DNA of 64,000 nucleotides from Planctomycetota bacterium (GTDB taxonomy: Bacteria > Planctomycetota > UBA8108 > UBA1146): positions 4,420 through 68,419 of the forward strand of contig JAPKAM010000002.1 in the NCBI GenBank assembly GCA_028825265.1, written 5' to 3'. Positions 49,864 to 60,400 of this stretch are shown piece by piece (the first letter of the stretch is position 1; each line of letters opens with the position of its first letter). The position numbers and the translations under genes are program-made. Under the pieces are notes generated by a model. The model was not told the DNA's origin, ran no database searches, and saw only the letters and a list, made by a program, of their open reading frames with translations.

Positions 49864-51624
49864 ATGATTCGGCGCACATCTGGCGTTTTTAGTACCTTTG
49901 CAGTCATTCTTACATTTCTGATCAGTGCCGATGTTGAGGCACAAAATTCAAGACCAGGCTTTGTCGCCACCTCCGAGGTCGTGACCGGTGGAATTTTGGG
50001 ATCCAACCCGACCATCGCGGCCGGCTTGAATGAACTTCTGGCCGAACGCCTGCTGACTGCTCCCTTCCTTCTGGAAGTGGCGGATCTGGACGACCCGACC
50101 TACACCAATGATGGAAACATCACCCTCAACGCATTTGGGGGATTCGATGTGGACGGTGATTCTTCCAATAACGGTTCCGGGTCCAACGCATTTGCGATTG
50201 ATCCGAGCTCCTTCGATGAGATCACAGGTACACCCATTTCTAGTTTTCCAGATGGAACGATTGTCGATGGGCACATGGTTGCCGGGCCGGGAACGATCGT
50301 CGTCGGCGGAATTCCGCTCAACGGATTGACCGTCGAGGCGGACTTCACTCCAGGCACATTGACCGGGGTCTACGAGTTCCAGAGCACCCCGACGTCCGCT
50401 TTTCTGACTGAGGACTTCCTCGCCACTCAACCCGCCCCCGCTCCCTTTGCGGGCACCCTGGTGGATTTGCTCAACACCTTTAACATCTTCCCCGACACCG
50501 ATGCCGACAGTGACGGAGTCAACGAGTCCTACTCTGCGGTGTTCGAGTTCGGAGGAATTTCCTGCGATCTCTACTACTCCTACTATCCGAGAGCCGAAGG
50601 CTTCGTGGCCACCTCACAGGTAGTGACCGGTGGAGTCCTCGGGTCCAACCCGACCATCGCTGCAGGACTCAACGATCTACTCGCCTCTAATCTCGATAGC
50701 TTCCCATTCCTCCTCGAGGTTGCGGATCTGGACGATCCCACCTACCAGGACGATGGAGACATCACTCTGAACGCCTTCGGCGGATTCGATCTGGACGGCG
50801 ATTTCACCGATAACGGCGACGGGTTCAATGACTTCGTGATCGACCCGCTCGATTATGACCAGGTTACAGGAGAGCCGATTTCAAGTTTCCCCGGCGGCTC
50901 ACTGACCGCGGGTCACCTGGTTGCTGGTCCTGGAACCATCTACGTCTCGGGAATCCCGCTCAACGGACTGACCGTCGAAGCAGACTTCTTCCCCAGCACA
51001 CTCACCGGGGTCTATGAGTTCCAGAGTACTCCGACGAGTGCGTTCCTGACTCAGTCCTTCCTTATCACCCAGCCCGCTCCCGCGCCCTTCGCAGGAACCC
51101 TGGTCGATCTGCTCAACACCTTCAATATCTTCCCCGATATCGATGCCGACAATGACGGAGTCAACGAGTCCTACTCTGCGGTCTTCGAGTTCGGCGGCAT
51201 CTCCTGCGGTCTCTACCACACCGGGGCTCCTCCGAGCAGTGGACCGATCGAGGACTGCGCTAACGGCGTCGATGACGATGGCGATACACTGGCGGACTGC
51301 GATGACCCCGACTGCTTCAGCGATCCTGCTTGTAATGTCGGAGGGACTCAGTTCCGTCGTGGAGATGTCAATGGAGATGCTAACGTCAACATCGGTGACG
51401 CAGTGAGCCTGCTCGGATTCCTCTTCTCCGGTGGTGCGGCTCCTGGCTGTGATGATGCTGCAGACGTCAACGATGACGGATCGATGAACATCGGAGATGC
51501 GGTCTACGAGCTTGGATTCCTCTTCTCGGGAGGAGCGGCACCTCCGGCACCAGGAGGAACCTGTGGAATCGACCCGACAGACACCGATCCTCTCGATTGT
51601 GCGACACCGACGGGTGGCTGCTAA
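49864..51624 (+). CDS. Secreted acidic protein with two tandem ~214-aa domains, a Cys/Asp motif and a dockerin-like C-terminus
   Basis: Signal peptide ending VEA-Q; duplicated domain; DCANGVDDDGDTLADCDDPDC; FRRGDVNGDANVNIGDAV...DVNDDGSMNIGDAV...PPAPGGTCG; strong GAGGAGG RBS. Confidence 0.85.
   Translation: MIRRTSGVFSTFAVILTFLISADVEAQNSRPGFVATSEVVTGGILGSNPTIAAGLNELLAERLLTAPFLLEVADLDDPTYTNDGNITLNAFGGFDVDGDSSNNGSGSNAFAIDPSSFDEITGTPISSFPDGTIVDGHMVAGPGTIVVGGIPLNGLTVEADFTPGTLTGVYEFQSTPTSAFLTEDFLATQPAPAPFAGTLVDLLNTFNIFPDTDADSDGVNESYSAVFEFGGISCDLYYSYYPRAEGFVATSQVVTGGVLGSNPTIAAGLNDLLASNLDSFPFLLEVADLDDPTYQDDGDITLNAFGGFDLDGDFTDNGDGFNDFVIDPLDYDQVTGEPISSFPGGSLTAGHLVAGPGTIYVSGIPLNGLTVEADFFPSTLTGVYEFQSTPTSAFLTQSFLITQPAPAPFAGTLVDLLNTFNIFPDIDADNDGVNESYSAVFEFGGISCGLYHTGAPPSSGPIEDCANGVDDDGDTLADCDDPDCFSDPACNVGGTQFRRGDVNGDANVNIGDAVSLLGFLFSGGAAPGCDDAADVNDDGSMNIGDAVYELGFLFSGGAAPPAPGGTCGIDPTDTDPLDCATPTGGC
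49957..51216 (+). repeat. Intragenic tandem duplication, unit 642 bp (214 codons)
   Basis: GFVATS.VVTGG.LGSNPTIAAGLN starts at 49957 and 50599; GGISC.LY ends at 50574 and 51216; several segments are identical in protein. Confidence 0.92.
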
Positions 51625-51781
51625 TTCTGTAGCGAATCTGTCGCTGCTTTCAGTGGCTTACAACTCCCCGCCAGGAACCATGGGTTCCTGGCGGGGAGTT
51701 TTCTCATCGGTACTGCGTCGGTGGGCTTGCCGAGTGGGTGATCTGGGTCGATGATTCCATCTACCCGGAGAGGAAACAATT

Positions 51782-54343
51782 TTGGGCCGAACCGAGGGAA
51801 TCGACACTGCACCGTGGATGACTCCTGCTATTCGAGAGTCGATCGCTTCTGAAATCGCTGCCGCCGGCCACAATGAGGTCTTCTTCCTCGGTCGCGTCGA
51901 TGATCAGGGTCTACTGCATCAGATCGAGGTGGTCGCCCGAGGTCGATCTTCAGAGGTACCCGTGTTCCTTTCCCGTGCGGAGGAAGGATTTCAGGTGCTG
52001 ATCCACAATCATCCGGGGGGAGATCTCACTCCCAGCTCAGCCGATCTCTCGATCGCCTCGGAAGCCGGTGGCCGCCGCCTCGGATTTTTCATCGTCAATA
52101 ATGATGGCAGCAAGATCAATCGTGTTGTCGAACCGTTTCCCGAGCGCGCTGAAGTCGCCGTGGAGGCTGACGAGATCGATCAGATCTTTGCAGCAGGCGG
52201 CACCTTTGCCAACGCCTTACCCGATTACGAGCAGCGATCGGGGCAAGTTGAGATGGCGAAGTCGGTCGCCAAGGCTCTCAATCAGGGGGACGTTGCTGCG
52301 CTGGAAGCGGGAACAGGGGTCGGAAAGTCGTATGCGTATCTGGTCCCCTCGATCCTCTGGGCGGTCAAGAATCGCAGTCGAGTGGTGATCTCCACCGCGA
52401 CGATTCCTCTTGGAGAACAGTTGGTTCACAGGGATTTACCCGCTCTACAAAGAGTATTAGGGATCGATTTTCGGTTCGCCCTGATCCAGGGGCGTGGCAA
52501 TTATGCGTGCCGGAGAAAGTCCAAGCAGGTGGCCGCGGAACCCGAGATCTTCTCCGACGGGGATGAGCGGGCCAGCTGGGTTGCCGATGTGATCGATCGA
52601 CTGGGAGAGGCCAAGCACGGGACTCGCCAGGAGATGCAAGGCGAGGTCCCCGATGAGATCTGGTCCGATTTCCAGTCGACTTCCGATCAATCCCTGAAGG
52701 CGCGATGCCCACACTACCGGGAATGCTTTTATTACGAGGCCAGGCGGAAATCTTTCGGTGCGCATATCTTGGTGGTCAATCACCACCTGCTCTTTGCGGA
52801 TCTGAAACTGCGGAGATCAACGGGAGATTTTGATAGTGACCTGGTGATTCCGGGATACCAGAAGGTGATTTTCGATGAAGGCCATCATCTGGAAGAGGTC
52901 GCTTGCCACCACCTCGGAGCAGAAGTGTCACGTCGTGGAGTTCTTCAGGTGCTGGGCCGACTGGTGTCCAGCGGTGGTAAGAAGAGTCGAAAAGAGAATG
53001 GTCGTCTACTCTGGTTACGCAGTCACCTCGCTCGGCATCACCAAGGTCATGCCCATGAGTTGCTGTCGATGAATGTGGTGGCTCGGGTCCGAGTCGCACG
53101 ACAAGAGGTCGAGACTGCACTCGATCGGCTGGAAGTCCGGGTCCTCGCCGCGGCTCATCTGGTGGGAGATTCAGCGGGGCAAAATGGGACGTTGATGGCG
53201 CGGATCGGGGATCGTGAAGGACTGCTTCCGATGACGGTGGTTTCCCCTCCCCTGGCTGATGTGAGGAAGAGCCTCGATGGACTGAGAGGCGAATTGCAAA
53301 ATTGCTTCGAGGTGCTGGAAGAGGAGACCTTTGAACCTGAATTGGAATTCCAGGCCGGTCTGGTAGAGATGCGTGCGGCGGTACGTTCAGTGGTGGAGCA
53401 GATCGCATCCATCGATTTCGTATTGGGAGCTGCCGATGGAATCCAACCCTGGATAGAGATGGCAGCGAAACCGAAAAAGCAGGTGGTCCTGCGGGCGGCA
53501 CCACTGAGAGTCGATGAACTCCTCGCCGAGCAACTGTACGGCCCCGTTTCGACGGTGATTCAGACTAGTGCGACACTGAGGGTTGGGGAATCGTGGAATT
53601 TTCTCAGTGATCGGCTTGGTTGGAATCATGTCGAGAGAGAGCGACTTCGCCGCGAAGACTTTTCCTCTCCTTTTGACTGGCAGCGTCAGGTCTTGCTCGG
53701 ATTGCCAGCGGACATTCCAGATCCAGGCCGTTCGGGATATGACCAGAAGATTGCAGAGATGGTGCTGGACACGGCTCGAGCAGCAGGCGGGAGGACTTTC
53801 GTTCTCTTCACTTCTCATCAGGCGCTGAGGCGGACTGCAGAGATGGTTCGTGCAGATCTACAAGCGCTCGGTATGCCACTACTGGTGCAGGGCGAGGCCC
53901 CTCGAAGCGAGTTGCTGAGACGTTTCATTGATTCCGGCCATGCGGTGCTATTGGGCAATCAGTCGTACTGGGAAGGAATCGATGTTCCTGGAGCGGCGTT
54001 GTCTTGCGTGATCATCGCCAGGTTGCCCTTTCGAATTCCAAATCATCCGCTCGAACAAGGTCGGGCTGAGGAACTGGAAGCGAGAGGAAAGAGCCCATTT
54101 GCTCACCTCGCATTGCCTCGTGCGGTGTTGGGTCTGCGTCAGGGCTTCGGGCGTTTGATCCGAACACTCGATGATCGGGGAGTGGTGGTCATCGGAGATG
54201 CCAGAATCGTCAACAAACCGTACGGCAAGAGGTTCCTCAGTAGTCTGCCCGATTGCCGGCGCATCGAAGGTACATGGGATGAAGTTCGTACCGGACTGGA
54301 AGCGTTCTTCTCGGAATCGGATGTTGAGGAGCGAATCGGGTGA
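51782..54343 (+). CDS. DinG/YoaA-family SF2 helicase with N-terminal JAB/MPN (RadC-like) domain
   Basis: N-terminal NEVFF...IHNHPGGDLTPSSAD; Q-motif RSGQVEM; EAGTGVGKS; VVNHHLLFAD; FDEGHH; YWEGIDVPG; RQGFGRLIR. Confidence 0.9.
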   Translation: MGRTEGIDTAPWMTPAIRESIASEIAAAGHNEVFFLGRVDDQGLLHQIEVVARGRSSEVPVFLSRAEEGFQVLIHNHPGGDLTPSSADLSIASEAGGRRLGFFIVNNDGSKINRVVEPFPERAEVAVEADEIDQIFAAGGTFANALPDYEQRSGQVEMAKSVAKALNQGDVAALEAGTGVGKSYAYLVPSILWAVKNRSRVVISTATIPLGEQLVHRDLPALQRVLGIDFRFALIQGRGNYACRRKSKQVAAEPEIFSDGDERASWVADVIDRLGEAKHGTRQEMQGEVPDEIWSDFQSTSDQSLKARCPHYRECFYYEARRKSFGAHILVVNHHLLFADLKLRRSTGDFDSDLVIPGYQKVIFDEGHHLEEVACHHLGAEVSRRGVLQVLGRLVSSGGKKSRKENGRLLWLRSHLARHHQGHAHELLSMNVVARVRVARQEVETALDRLEVRVLAAAHLVGDSAGQNGTLMARIGDREGLLPMTVVSPPLADVRKSLDGLRGELQNCFEVLEEETFEPELEFQAGLVEMRAAVRSVVEQIASIDFVLGAADGIQPWIEMAAKPKKQVVLRAAPLRVDELLAEQLYGPVSTVIQTSATLRVGESWNFLSDRLGWNHVERERLRREDFSSPFDWQRQVLLGLPADIPDPGRSGYDQKIAEMVLDTARAAGGRTFVLFTSHQALRRTAEMVRADLQALGMPLLVQGEAPRSELLRRFIDSGHAVLLGNQSYWEGIDVPGAALSCVIIARLPFRIPNHPLEQGRAEELEARGKSPFAHLALPRAVLGLRQGFGRLIRTLDDRGVVVIGDARIVNKPYGKRFLSSLPDCRRIEGTWDEVRTGLEAFFSESDVEERIG

Positions 54344-54939
54344 GGATTCGCGGCATTATCATCGCAGCAGGAGAGTCGAGTCGGCTTGGCGAACCCAAAG
54401 CATTACTCGAACTTCATGGTCGTTCGATTCTCGATCGACTTCACCAAACTTTGGGCAATGGTGGGTGTGATGAGGTGCTGGTGGTGGTGGGAGGATCCCA
54501 TCGCGAGGCGGTGCAGCAGGAATCGCAACGGATCGGGATTCCAATGGTGGTCAATCAAGACCCCAGCGATGGCCCAGTCAGCAGCATCCGCACCGCAATC
54601 TCGATGCCAGGGCACTGGGATGCATTGCTGATTCATCCCGTAGATGTCATCGGTCTCAAGGAAACGGATGTGAGCCAACTCATCGAGGCAGCCCGTGGAG
54701 ATGACTCCACAACGGATGCCTGGGTGATTTCTTATGCGATGCGTCGAGGCCATCCGGTGATCGTGACCCGGGAGCGGATTGAATCGCTGCTAGAGGTGGA
54801 TGGTCCTCTGCACCTCAGAGCATTGCTAGCGCTTCCGGATTTGGTCATCGCTCATGTCGTCACTGATAATCCCCTGGTGCTTGAGGATGTGGATGATCGC
54901 ATCGACTGGATACGAGTCTCTTCGTTGATCAAAGAGTGA
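54340..54939 (+). CDS. MobA/MocA-like nucleotidyltransferase family protein
   Basis: IIAAGESSRLGEPKALL; HPVD; RRGHPV; EDVDD. GTGA overlap with the helicase stop. Confidence 0.85.
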   Translation: MRIRGIIIAAGESSRLGEPKALLELHGRSILDRLHQTLGNGGCDEVLVVVGGSHREAVQQESQRIGIPMVVNQDPSDGPVSSIRTAISMPGHWDALLIHPVDVIGLKETDVSQLIEAARGDDSTTDAWVISYAMRRGHPVIVTRERIESLLEVDGPLHLRALLALPDLVIAHVVTDNPLVLEDVDDRIDWIRVSSLIKE

Positions 54940-57348
54940 TCAGAACCCGGACACGTTATTCTTGACCCAATTCAGGTGCAGTAACCAAGTATCGGGTCGG
55001 GTTCCTTTTTCCTCGGCGATCCGGAAGTTCTCCAGTGCTACATCATTGAGACCTCGGTACATGCTGAACAGCCCGAGTGGAATTCGGTATTCAACGCTCG
55101 AACTTCCATGGCGCTGGGAAACCAGGCCAAACAGGAACGAGTCGGCGAGTTCGCTGATCTTCATCGGCATCACGGCATTTTCGGAAGACAATCGAAGCCA
55201 GACACTTTCGTTGTCGATCCGGTCGACGACTCCGCGGTCCTTGCGACTCTTGGTTCTGCCTTCCAAGGGAACTCTTTCGAGGGTCACTTCCTTGCCATCT
55301 TGTCCCATTTCTTTCAGTTCCAGAAGTGCGCTCTTGATGAACTGATCGAGCAAACTGAAAGCGAGCAGGTCGGTTTCGATCAGGGCTTTTACTTCGTCAA
55401 CGATCAACTCAGCATCCAGGGTGACTGCAATACTGACCATTCCCTTGATATCTCGCTGGAGAGATTTTTCCCGATAGGCGGACCATAGCGCAAGATACAG
55501 CCGGTTCTCCTCGACGAGCCTTTTCTTCGACTCTTCCTTCGCCAACGCCTTTTGCGCCATGATGATCTGATCTCGCAACTGGACTGCACTACTGGCATTG
55601 TCAGGATCTGCGTAGAGTTCGATCTCGTCGATCAAGGCCAGTGCTTCGGCGAACTCCCGACGATCCCTGTGGAAGTTGATCTTCAGGTTGTCGGCTTCAA
55701 ATCGAGAATCGATCTCTTGCTCCCAGTTTGAGAGCAAGAGATCGATGTCTTGATTGAGTTCTTCGTCTTTGCGCGCAGAAGCAGGGCGGTCATCGAGTCT
55801 AGTGATGGCGGCCCATAATTTTCCATCGCTGGCCAGTTGTCTCGCTTCCGCTAAGACCGTGCGACCATCCGCTTGTCTCGTTTGCACGATGGTTTCTTTG
55901 ATATTATCGAGAGCGACGCTCATCTTGGCTGAAGCACGGGTTCCCCCATGAGATGGGAGTGCGAGTTTCAGTGCTCGAATCTGGATGTCCTGGTCCTGAG
56001 ACAGAATGGAAGCCAGGTGAGTATCGGCCGCAGTTTCCGAGTGATCAAAATCCTTCTTGGCGGCCGCCATTCGTTTGTCGATCTTTTTCGCGGCAACTTC
56101 GATTCGATGTTGCTCGTACTGTTCATCGAACTGGGGAGTGCCTTGATTGGTTTTGGATGCGGCAGAGAGGACCATCAAGGCGGAGATGGCCACTCCGACG
56201 CCGATCCCGATTTTGGTCATGAGGGTGTTCTTGCTGTGGGTCGAGGCTCGAGAACTTCCCGATGCTGTTCGCTGGCGAGATGTGGTGGAAGATCTCTGGT
56301 TTGAGGGTCGCCTCCGTCCCCTGGGAGGGCTGACGGGGGTCTGCTCAGTAGTGGATTTACTGGCGATATGAAGAGCAGTGATCACTGCTTCTGCATCCTG
56401 GTAACGTCGATCCGGCTCCTTCTCGAGCAACTTTTCAATCACTTCATCGAGGAGAGAAGGTTTACCGGTAAGAGTGGAGACCGGGATGATCGGCTCCTGC
56501 ACATGCTTCTTGAGAATCTCCCGGTTGCTTTTCCCCTGAAAGGGCGGCTTGCCGGTGATGCAGTGGTACAGGGTGGCTCCGAGCGAGTACAGATCGCTCC
56601 GGGCATCGATGTCTTGTCCGAGTGCTTGTTCTGGCGAGATGTAGAGTGGAGTTCCCTTGCGACGATCAGCGGTGTTCAGCGATTCTGCTTCATCTTCTGC
56701 GAGTGCCAAGCCCAGGTCGGTGATCTTGGGAACACCATCCTCAGAGATCAGGATGTTGCCGGGCTTGAGATCTCGGTGAAGCAGACCTGCTGCATGGGCG
56801 TGGGACAGCCCTTGAGTGATGCACAGGGCGAGTTCTCCCAATTCTCTTTCTGAGAGCGATCCTCGGCGGCTTAATTTCTGTTGGAGAGTTTCGCCCTCCA
56901 CCAGTTCCATGGCGAACCAGCATTTCCCAGCGGTGATCCCAGCATCGAGCGCATGAACGATGTGGGGGTGATTCAAGCGAGCAACATTCCTTGCTTCGTT
57001 GATCAATTCTTCGGGTTCAGTATTTCTGGTCACCGTCGAGGAGAACACTTTCAGGGCCACGATCTTCCCCAGAGATTCCTGTCTTGCTTTCCATACCGTA
57101 CTGGTCGCACCTCTCCCGATGGACTCAAGGATCTCGTATCCTGGGATTCCTTCGGGAGGCAGTTTGGCCTCGATGCTGGTGACGAGTCGATTGGATTGAT
57201 CTTGTGTCAAGAGATCCAGGGCGACGGCGTGACTGCTGGCATCCCCTTTGGTTTTCTGGATCTCCTCAGCAATCGCTTTGACTCCTGTTTCGTCGAGCAG
57301 CCCATTCGTGAGCGCTGCTTTCAGGAACAACTGATCCAGTTTCTTCAT
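54940..57348 (-). CDS. Membrane-anchored Hanks-type Ser/Thr protein kinase
   Basis: IGRGATSTVW; VALK; HRDLKPGN; ITDLGLA; GTPLYISPEQ; DLYSLG; single TM helix then a long helical C-terminal region. Confidence 0.95.
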   Translation of the reverse strand: MKKLDQLFLKAALTNGLLDETGVKAIAEEIQKTKGDASSHAVALDLLTQDQSNRLVTSIEAKLPPEGIPGYEILESIGRGATSTVWKARQESLGKIVALKVFSSTVTRNTEPEELINEARNVARLNHPHIVHALDAGITAGKCWFAMELVEGETLQQKLSRRGSLSERELGELALCITQGLSHAHAAGLLHRDLKPGNILISEDGVPKITDLGLALAEDEAESLNTADRRKGTPLYISPEQALGQDIDARSDLYSLGATLYHCITGKPPFQGKSNREILKKHVQEPIIPVSTLTGKPSLLDEVIEKLLEKEPDRRYQDAEAVITALHIASKSTTEQTPVSPPRGRRRPSNQRSSTTSRQRTASGSSRASTHSKNTLMTKIGIGVGVAISALMVLSAASKTNQGTPQFDEQYEQHRIEVAAKKIDKRMAAAKKDFDHSETAADTHLASILSQDQDIQIRALKLALPSHGGTRASAKMSVALDNIKETIVQTRQADGRTVLAEARQLASDGKLWAAITRLDDRPASARKDEELNQDIDLLLSNWEQEIDSRFEADNLKINFHRDRREFAEALALIDEIELYADPDNASSAVQLRDQIIMAQKALAKEESKKRLVEENRLYLALWSAYREKSLQRDIKGMVSIAVTLDAELIVDEVKALIETDLLAFSLLDQFIKSALLELKEMGQDGKEVTLERVPLEGRTKSRKDRGVVDRIDNESVWLRLSSENAVMPMKISELADSFLFGLVSQRHGSSSVEYRIPLGLFSMYRGLNDVALENFRIAEEKGTRPDTWLLHLNWVKNNVSGF

Positions 57349-57482
57349 CTGCGGCTCTCCTGTACAGGTGGATGGACTCCCTGAATGTGTTCTGGATGAG
57401 AAGGTTTCCAGCCACCAGAGTCAACATGGACCGGGCTGACTTCAGCAGATAAGATCCTAGGCAACCCCGAGAAAGAGTATGA

Positions 57483-60400
57483 ATGCACCTTACCTTGATC
57501 TTGAGTAGCCTGTTGTGTGTTGTACCTGCCGCAAATGCGACCGGTTGGGAGCCTCACATCGAAGCTGAGGTACTTCTCCACCCCTCGACGGGAGTGATTT
57601 CCTGGCGGGTCTCCCTGTCCAGGGTTGGGTTACTTCAGACCCATTTCGATTTCCCGCTCCATTCCGGTTTGACTCCCCAACTCGAATCGGCCGGAACCTT
57701 GACGCAGATTCGTCATGGTGCAGCGGCTGGAACTGGAGCAGCACTCGATCCCCAGAGACCGGTGCCGCGTCGGTGGTGGAGAGTGGAGTTCGAGGAGGAG
57801 AATCGAGACACTTTCCCGGTGATCCTCAGCGCATCAGGTGTCATCCAAGAGGAACTGACACAGATCGGATCAGGAGCGGGCAGATCTTTTTCATCGACCC
57901 CTGGAACCATCGAAGAAAAAGGAGTGTTTCTGGGGGGGGCAACATCGTGGTTACCCCAACCGGAACGGACCCGCGTGTCCTTCTCGCTGCAGGTGGATCT
58001 GCCGGCGGGCTGGACCGCTGTGAGCCAGGGTACAAGAGAAGCCGTGCCGAGTGAATCAGGTCGGAGCATCGTTCGCTGGATCAGTGAGTCGGAGAAACCG
58101 CAGGAGGAAATATTTCTCATTGCGGCCCGTTTTCACGAGTATCGCAAGGTGACTTCACAGGTCGAGGCTCAGGTTTTCTTGCGCGACGATGAGCCAAACT
58201 TGGCTGCGAAGTACCTGGAAGCGACGGTTCAATACGTCGAGATGTATTCGAAACTGATCGGTCCCTACCCCTACTCCAAATTTGCACTGATCGAAAATTT
58301 CTGGGAGAGCGGTTACGGCATGCCGTCCTTTACTTTGCTCGGACCGCAAGTGATCCGGCTGCCATTCATCATCAGGTCATCCTATCCCCACGAAGTACTC
58401 CACAACTGGTGGGGGAACTCGGTGTACGTCGATTATTCGACTGGGAACTGGTGCGAAGGACTCACTGCATATCTCGCTGACCATCTGATGAAGGAAGGTG
58501 AGGGGCGTGGTGCGGAATATCGGCGTGATGCCTTGAAGAAGTTCGGATCCTACGTACAGGAGGGTCTCGATTTCCCCTTACGTGATTTCAGAAGTCGTCA
58601 CTCGGGGGCTACCGAAGCCGTCGGCTACGGAAAGTGCCTGATGTTGTGGCATATGATCCGATTAAAGGTCGGGGATGAGGCATTCAAACGAGGTCTTCAA
58701 GAGTTTAACTCTTCTTTTTCTTTTCGAAGTGCGTCCTTCACAGACATCGCCAATTCCATCGGAGCGGCCGCCGGAACTGAGTTGGCTGACTGGATGATGT
58801 CCTGGATTGAAACGACTGGAGCACCGGAGTTTCGATTGACTGTGGACTCGGCTGAGGAACTGTCACGGATCGGCATCGAACAGGTTCAGGAGTTGGACCC
58901 GTATCGGGTTCAGGTTCCAGTGTTCTACCTTTTGAAAAACTCATCGGAGTGGCTGCATGAGATGGTTGATTTTTCCACCGACGAAGCCGGAGAGATTCCT
59001 CGGAAGCAGTTATTCGAGGTGACGGGTTCACTGGCCGCAGTGAGAGTCGATCCATTTTTCGATGTGTTTCGAAGGCTCGACCGATCTGAGACTCCACCGA
59101 CCATCGGCGATATCTTCGGCGCCTCCTCTCAGTTGATCATTCTGCCTTCTATGAGTCCCAGGCTCGATGCGTGGCGTGCGTTGGCGGATTCTTGGGCGAC
59201 CGATGGTGATGTTCGCATCGTCCTTGACACTGATCTGAAAGAAATTCCGCAGGATCGGGCGGTGTGGATCCTCGGCGAGCCGACTCTTGGCGTTGCCAAT
59301 GAACGGTTGCGAGGAACGATCCTGAGTAAGGGAGCCAATAGTAGGAATTTCGAACGGGTTCAATCGGCCTGGAAACTTCCCACCACCGACCCCGCGGATG
59401 AAGGGCCATTGTTGTCTCCAACTGCGTATTCAGGGATTCAGGTCGAACGACATCCAGACGATGGGAACTTGACGATTGGATTGATTCGTTGTCTACGAGA
59501 GGCGGCGATTCCAGGTCTGGCGCGAAAACTGCCTCACTATGGCAAGTACTCCTATCTGCTATTTGAAGGCGACGAGCCAACCAATACGGCGAAAGGAGAA
59601 TGGGCGGCAGGAACCTCTCCTCTATCGTGGACAGCCAAGGGAGTTTCGATCGAGGAGATCGAAGATACTCGGGAACCTCTTGCGCGACCTGGCCCGGTTC
59701 TCGATGGCGATCGAATGATTTCCGATGTTTATTGGCTTGCCGATCCCCAACTGGAGGGGCGAGAAAACGGTTCGGTGGGTCTGGAGCAAGCGACCCAGTG
59801 GGTGGCGGATCGCTTTGAAGAGATCGGCTTACAACCGGGAGCGCCGGACGGCAGCTTCTTCGACTCCTGGAGTGAAGAGGAACTGCGTCATCGAACCCGG
59901 AAAGAACCGACATTGCGAAATGTCATCGGTGTGATTGCCGGAACCGACGAAGCCTTGACGGGACAATCGGTGGTGGTCCTCGCGCATGTCGATCATCTAG
60001 GTCGAGGTTGGCCCGATGTTCGATCGGGGAATGAAGGAAAGATCCACCCCGGAGCCGACGACAACGCTTCAGGCGTGGCGGTGATGCTGGAGACCGCTCG
60101 AATCATCGCTGGTACTCATCGCCCTGCCAGAACCATCGTCTTTGTCGCCACCAGTGCCGAGGAGTGGGGATTGCGTGGCGCTCGTCGGTACATCGAATCG
60201 ATGCGGCAGTGGCCGGCCCAGCGGGCCATCTCGGTGATCAGCATCGATGCTGTCGGACGTCTTTCGGAAGGGCGATTACTGGCACTGGGAACCGGTACCG
60301 CCACCGAGTGGATTCACATCGCTCGCGGAATCGGTTTCACCACCGGTGTTGCGGCGACCGCGGTCAAAGATGATCCAGGAGGATCGGACCAGGTGCCATT

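Noticed and set aside
54937-54942. Convergent stop codons abutting as the palindrome TGATCA
   Set aside because: Real, but explained by dense gene packing; no evidence of a functional site.
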